From assembly GCA_945903275.1 (NCBI GenBank), contig CAMDNW010000008.1, positions 5,895 to 69,894 on the forward strand: a stretch of DNA of 64,000 nt. The letters are read 5' to 3'. The notes beneath the pieces are model-generated. The model was not told the origin of the DNA and searched no databases. It saw only the letters and a list, made by a program, of their open reading frames with translations. The translations under genes and the position numbers were made by a program. Below are positions 62,708 to 64,000 of the stretch, one piece after another (the first letter of the stretch is position 1; each line of letters begins with the position of its first letter). This DNA is from Thermoflexus hugenholtzii JAD2 (lineage in GTDB: Bacteria > Chloroflexota > Dehalococcoidia > UBA2979).

Positions 62708-64000
62708 CGCGACAGGTCGAACGGCGCGCGGTCGAGCAAGATCGCGTGGATCCCCGGATCCGGCGCCGCCGGGTCGCGCTGCCAGACCGTGTCGTTCAAT
62801 TCCCACGCCTGACGCCGCTCGGCGAGAGACAGGTCGAGCAACTCGCGCAGGTGCGCGGTGAGCGCCGGGTCGCGCACCGGCGTAACGACCTCAATGCGAT
62901 CGTCAAGGTTCCGCTTCATCAGGTCTGCGCTGCCAATGAAGTACTCCGGTTCGCCGCCATTCTCGAAGCAGTATACCCGCGAGTGCTCGAGGAACCGCCC
63001 GATGATGCTGACGACGCGGATGCGCTCGCTTAGCCCCGGCACTCCCGCCCGGAGCCGGCAGATGCCGCGCACAATCAGGTCAACCTGCACCCCGGCCTGG
63101 GACGCCTCGTACAGCAGCCGCGTGAACTCGGCATCCTCCAGTGCGTTCATCTTGAAGATGAGGCGCGCGGGCCGGCCTGCCTGTGCGTGGGCGATTTCCC
63201 GCTGCACTCGTTGCTTCAGTTGCGCGCGCAGGCTCGACGGGGCCACCAGCAGCCGCTTCGTCGCCAACGTATCGGAGAGGCCAGTCAGGTAGTTAAAGAC
63301 CTGGATGATGTCGGCACAGATTTCGCGATCCGCGGTGAACATTCCGAGGTCGGTGTACACGCGCGCCGTGCGCGAGTTGTAGTTCCCGGTACCGATGTGC
63401 GCGAACGTGCGCACGCCCTGCACATCGTCGCGGACGACAAGGCAGATCTTGCTGTGTATCTTCCGTTGTGGGTTGCCGTACGCGACGTGTACCCCTGCCT
63501 CTTCCAGCCGCCGCGCCCACTCGATGTTGTTCGCCTCGTCGGCGCGCGCACTCAACTCCACCAGCACTGCCACCTGCTTACCGCGCGTCGCGGCATCGAT
63601 CAGCGCCTCCAAGATCGGCGAGTCGGGCGATGTGCGATACATCGCCTGCTTGATCGCCAGCACCGACGGGTCTTCCGCCGCCTCGCGCACGAAGCGCACT
63701 ACGGTCGCGTCGAACGACTCGTAGGGGTGGTGCACCAATAGGTCGTTCCGCTGGATCGCCGAGAACAGCGCGCCGCGCCCACTCACCCGCCGGAACGTCT
63801 GCGGCGTCGCTGGCAGGTACGGTTGATAGGCTAGGTCTGGCATCTGCAGATTCGCGATCTCTGTCATGTTCGCAAGGCCGAGCGGCCCGCGCGCCGTGAC
63901 CACATCCGCTGGTTCCAGCCCCAATTCGTCCAGCAACAACGGCAGCCGGACCGGCGGCAACTCACCATCCACCTCCACCGACACCGCCGAGGCGAACCGC
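62704..64000 (-). CDS. ppk: polyphosphate kinase 1 (partial; N-terminus beyond the right edge)
   Basis: VHHPYESFDATVVRFVREAAEDPSVLAIKQAMYRTSPDSPILEALIDAA..GKQV.VLVELSARADEANNIEWARRLEEAGVHVAYG...HIGTGNYN. The frame stays open to the window edge. Confidence 0.92.
   Translation of the reverse strand, partial: RFASAVSVEVDGELPPVRLPLLLDELGLEPADVVTARGPLGLANMTEIANLQMPDLAYQPYLPATPQTFRRVSGRGALFSAIQRNDLLVHHPYESFDATVVRFVREAAEDPSVLAIKQAMYRTSPDSPILEALIDAATRGKQVAVLVELSARADEANNIEWARRLEEAGVHVAYGNPQRKIHSKICLVVRDDVQGVRTFAHIGTGNYNSRTARVYTDLGMFTADREICADIIQVFNYLTGLSDTLATKRLLVAPSSLRAQLKQRVQREIAHAQAGRPARLIFKMNALEDAEFTRLLYEASQAGVQVDLIVRGICRLRAGVPGLSERIRVVSIIGRFLEHSRVYCFENGGEPEYFIGSADLMKRNLDDRIEVVTPVRDPALTAHLRELLDLSLAERRQAWELNDTVWQRDPAAPDPGIHAILLDRAPFDLSR

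Noticed and set aside
1-64000. TAG reassigned as a sense codon, which would explain the four in-frame TAGs
   Set aside because: TAG terminates several well-conserved genes at their expected C-termini (greA at 1185, coaD at 5933, leuS at 6775, and the 5953..6747 ORF). Two of the disrupted genes also carry frameshifts or TAA/TGA stops. Ordinary pseudogenisation is the simpler explanation.

Overview
Visibly GC-rich bacterial chromosomal segment, densely coding on both strands, with many 1-4 nt start/stop overlaps (ATGA, GTGA, TGATG, TAATG). All family names come from motif recognition by eye; no database search or computation was possible, and the taxon cannot be assigned from the sequence alone. 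I can support about 65 protein genes, 2 tRNAs (Pro-GGG, Ala-GGC), 4 clearly decayed genes, 2 short tandem repeats inside genes and a few regulatory candidates.

Content is mostly housekeeping:
- lysS (partial)-greA, an HtrA-like protease, rsmD-coaD, leuS, pth, mfd, folP, nadE and rsmG.
- A split ADP-forming acyl-CoA synthetase and an envelope-glycosylation trio (GT-C / GtrA / methyltransferase).
- An arsenic operon (ArsR-LMWP fusion, arsC, ACR3).
- A large aerobic-respiration supercluster: ctaG; caa3-type ctaCDEF; tlpA-ccmE-ccmF-ccmH-ccmI-like-unknown-ccmABCD-ctaA-ctaB.
- Two ABC systems and a polyphosphate operon, ppk1 (partial)-CYTH/CHAD-ppx.

Most noteworthy observations:
1. The CYTH-CHAD ORF and ppx share one reading frame and are separated by a single TAG. 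The conserved Ppx N-terminal DxGSNS motif lies between that TAG and the first canonical start codon.
2. An uncharacterised exported 343-aa protein and a TPR-less CcmI-like stub are translationally coupled inside the system I cytochrome c maturation operon.
3. A ~0.9 kb islet after tRNA-Pro is bounded by a degenerate direct repeat of the tRNA 3' end and carries a nonsense-inactivated SARP/BTAD-like regulator.
4. An 8-bp tandem repeat (about 5 copies) sits inside the ArsR-LMWP fusion gene.
5. A MerR-type promoter with a 19-bp spacer and a dyad lies in front of a decayed merR-like gene.
6. A GreA paralogue carries a ~110-aa N-terminal extension.

No CRISPR array, rRNA, transposase or integrase gene was seen.
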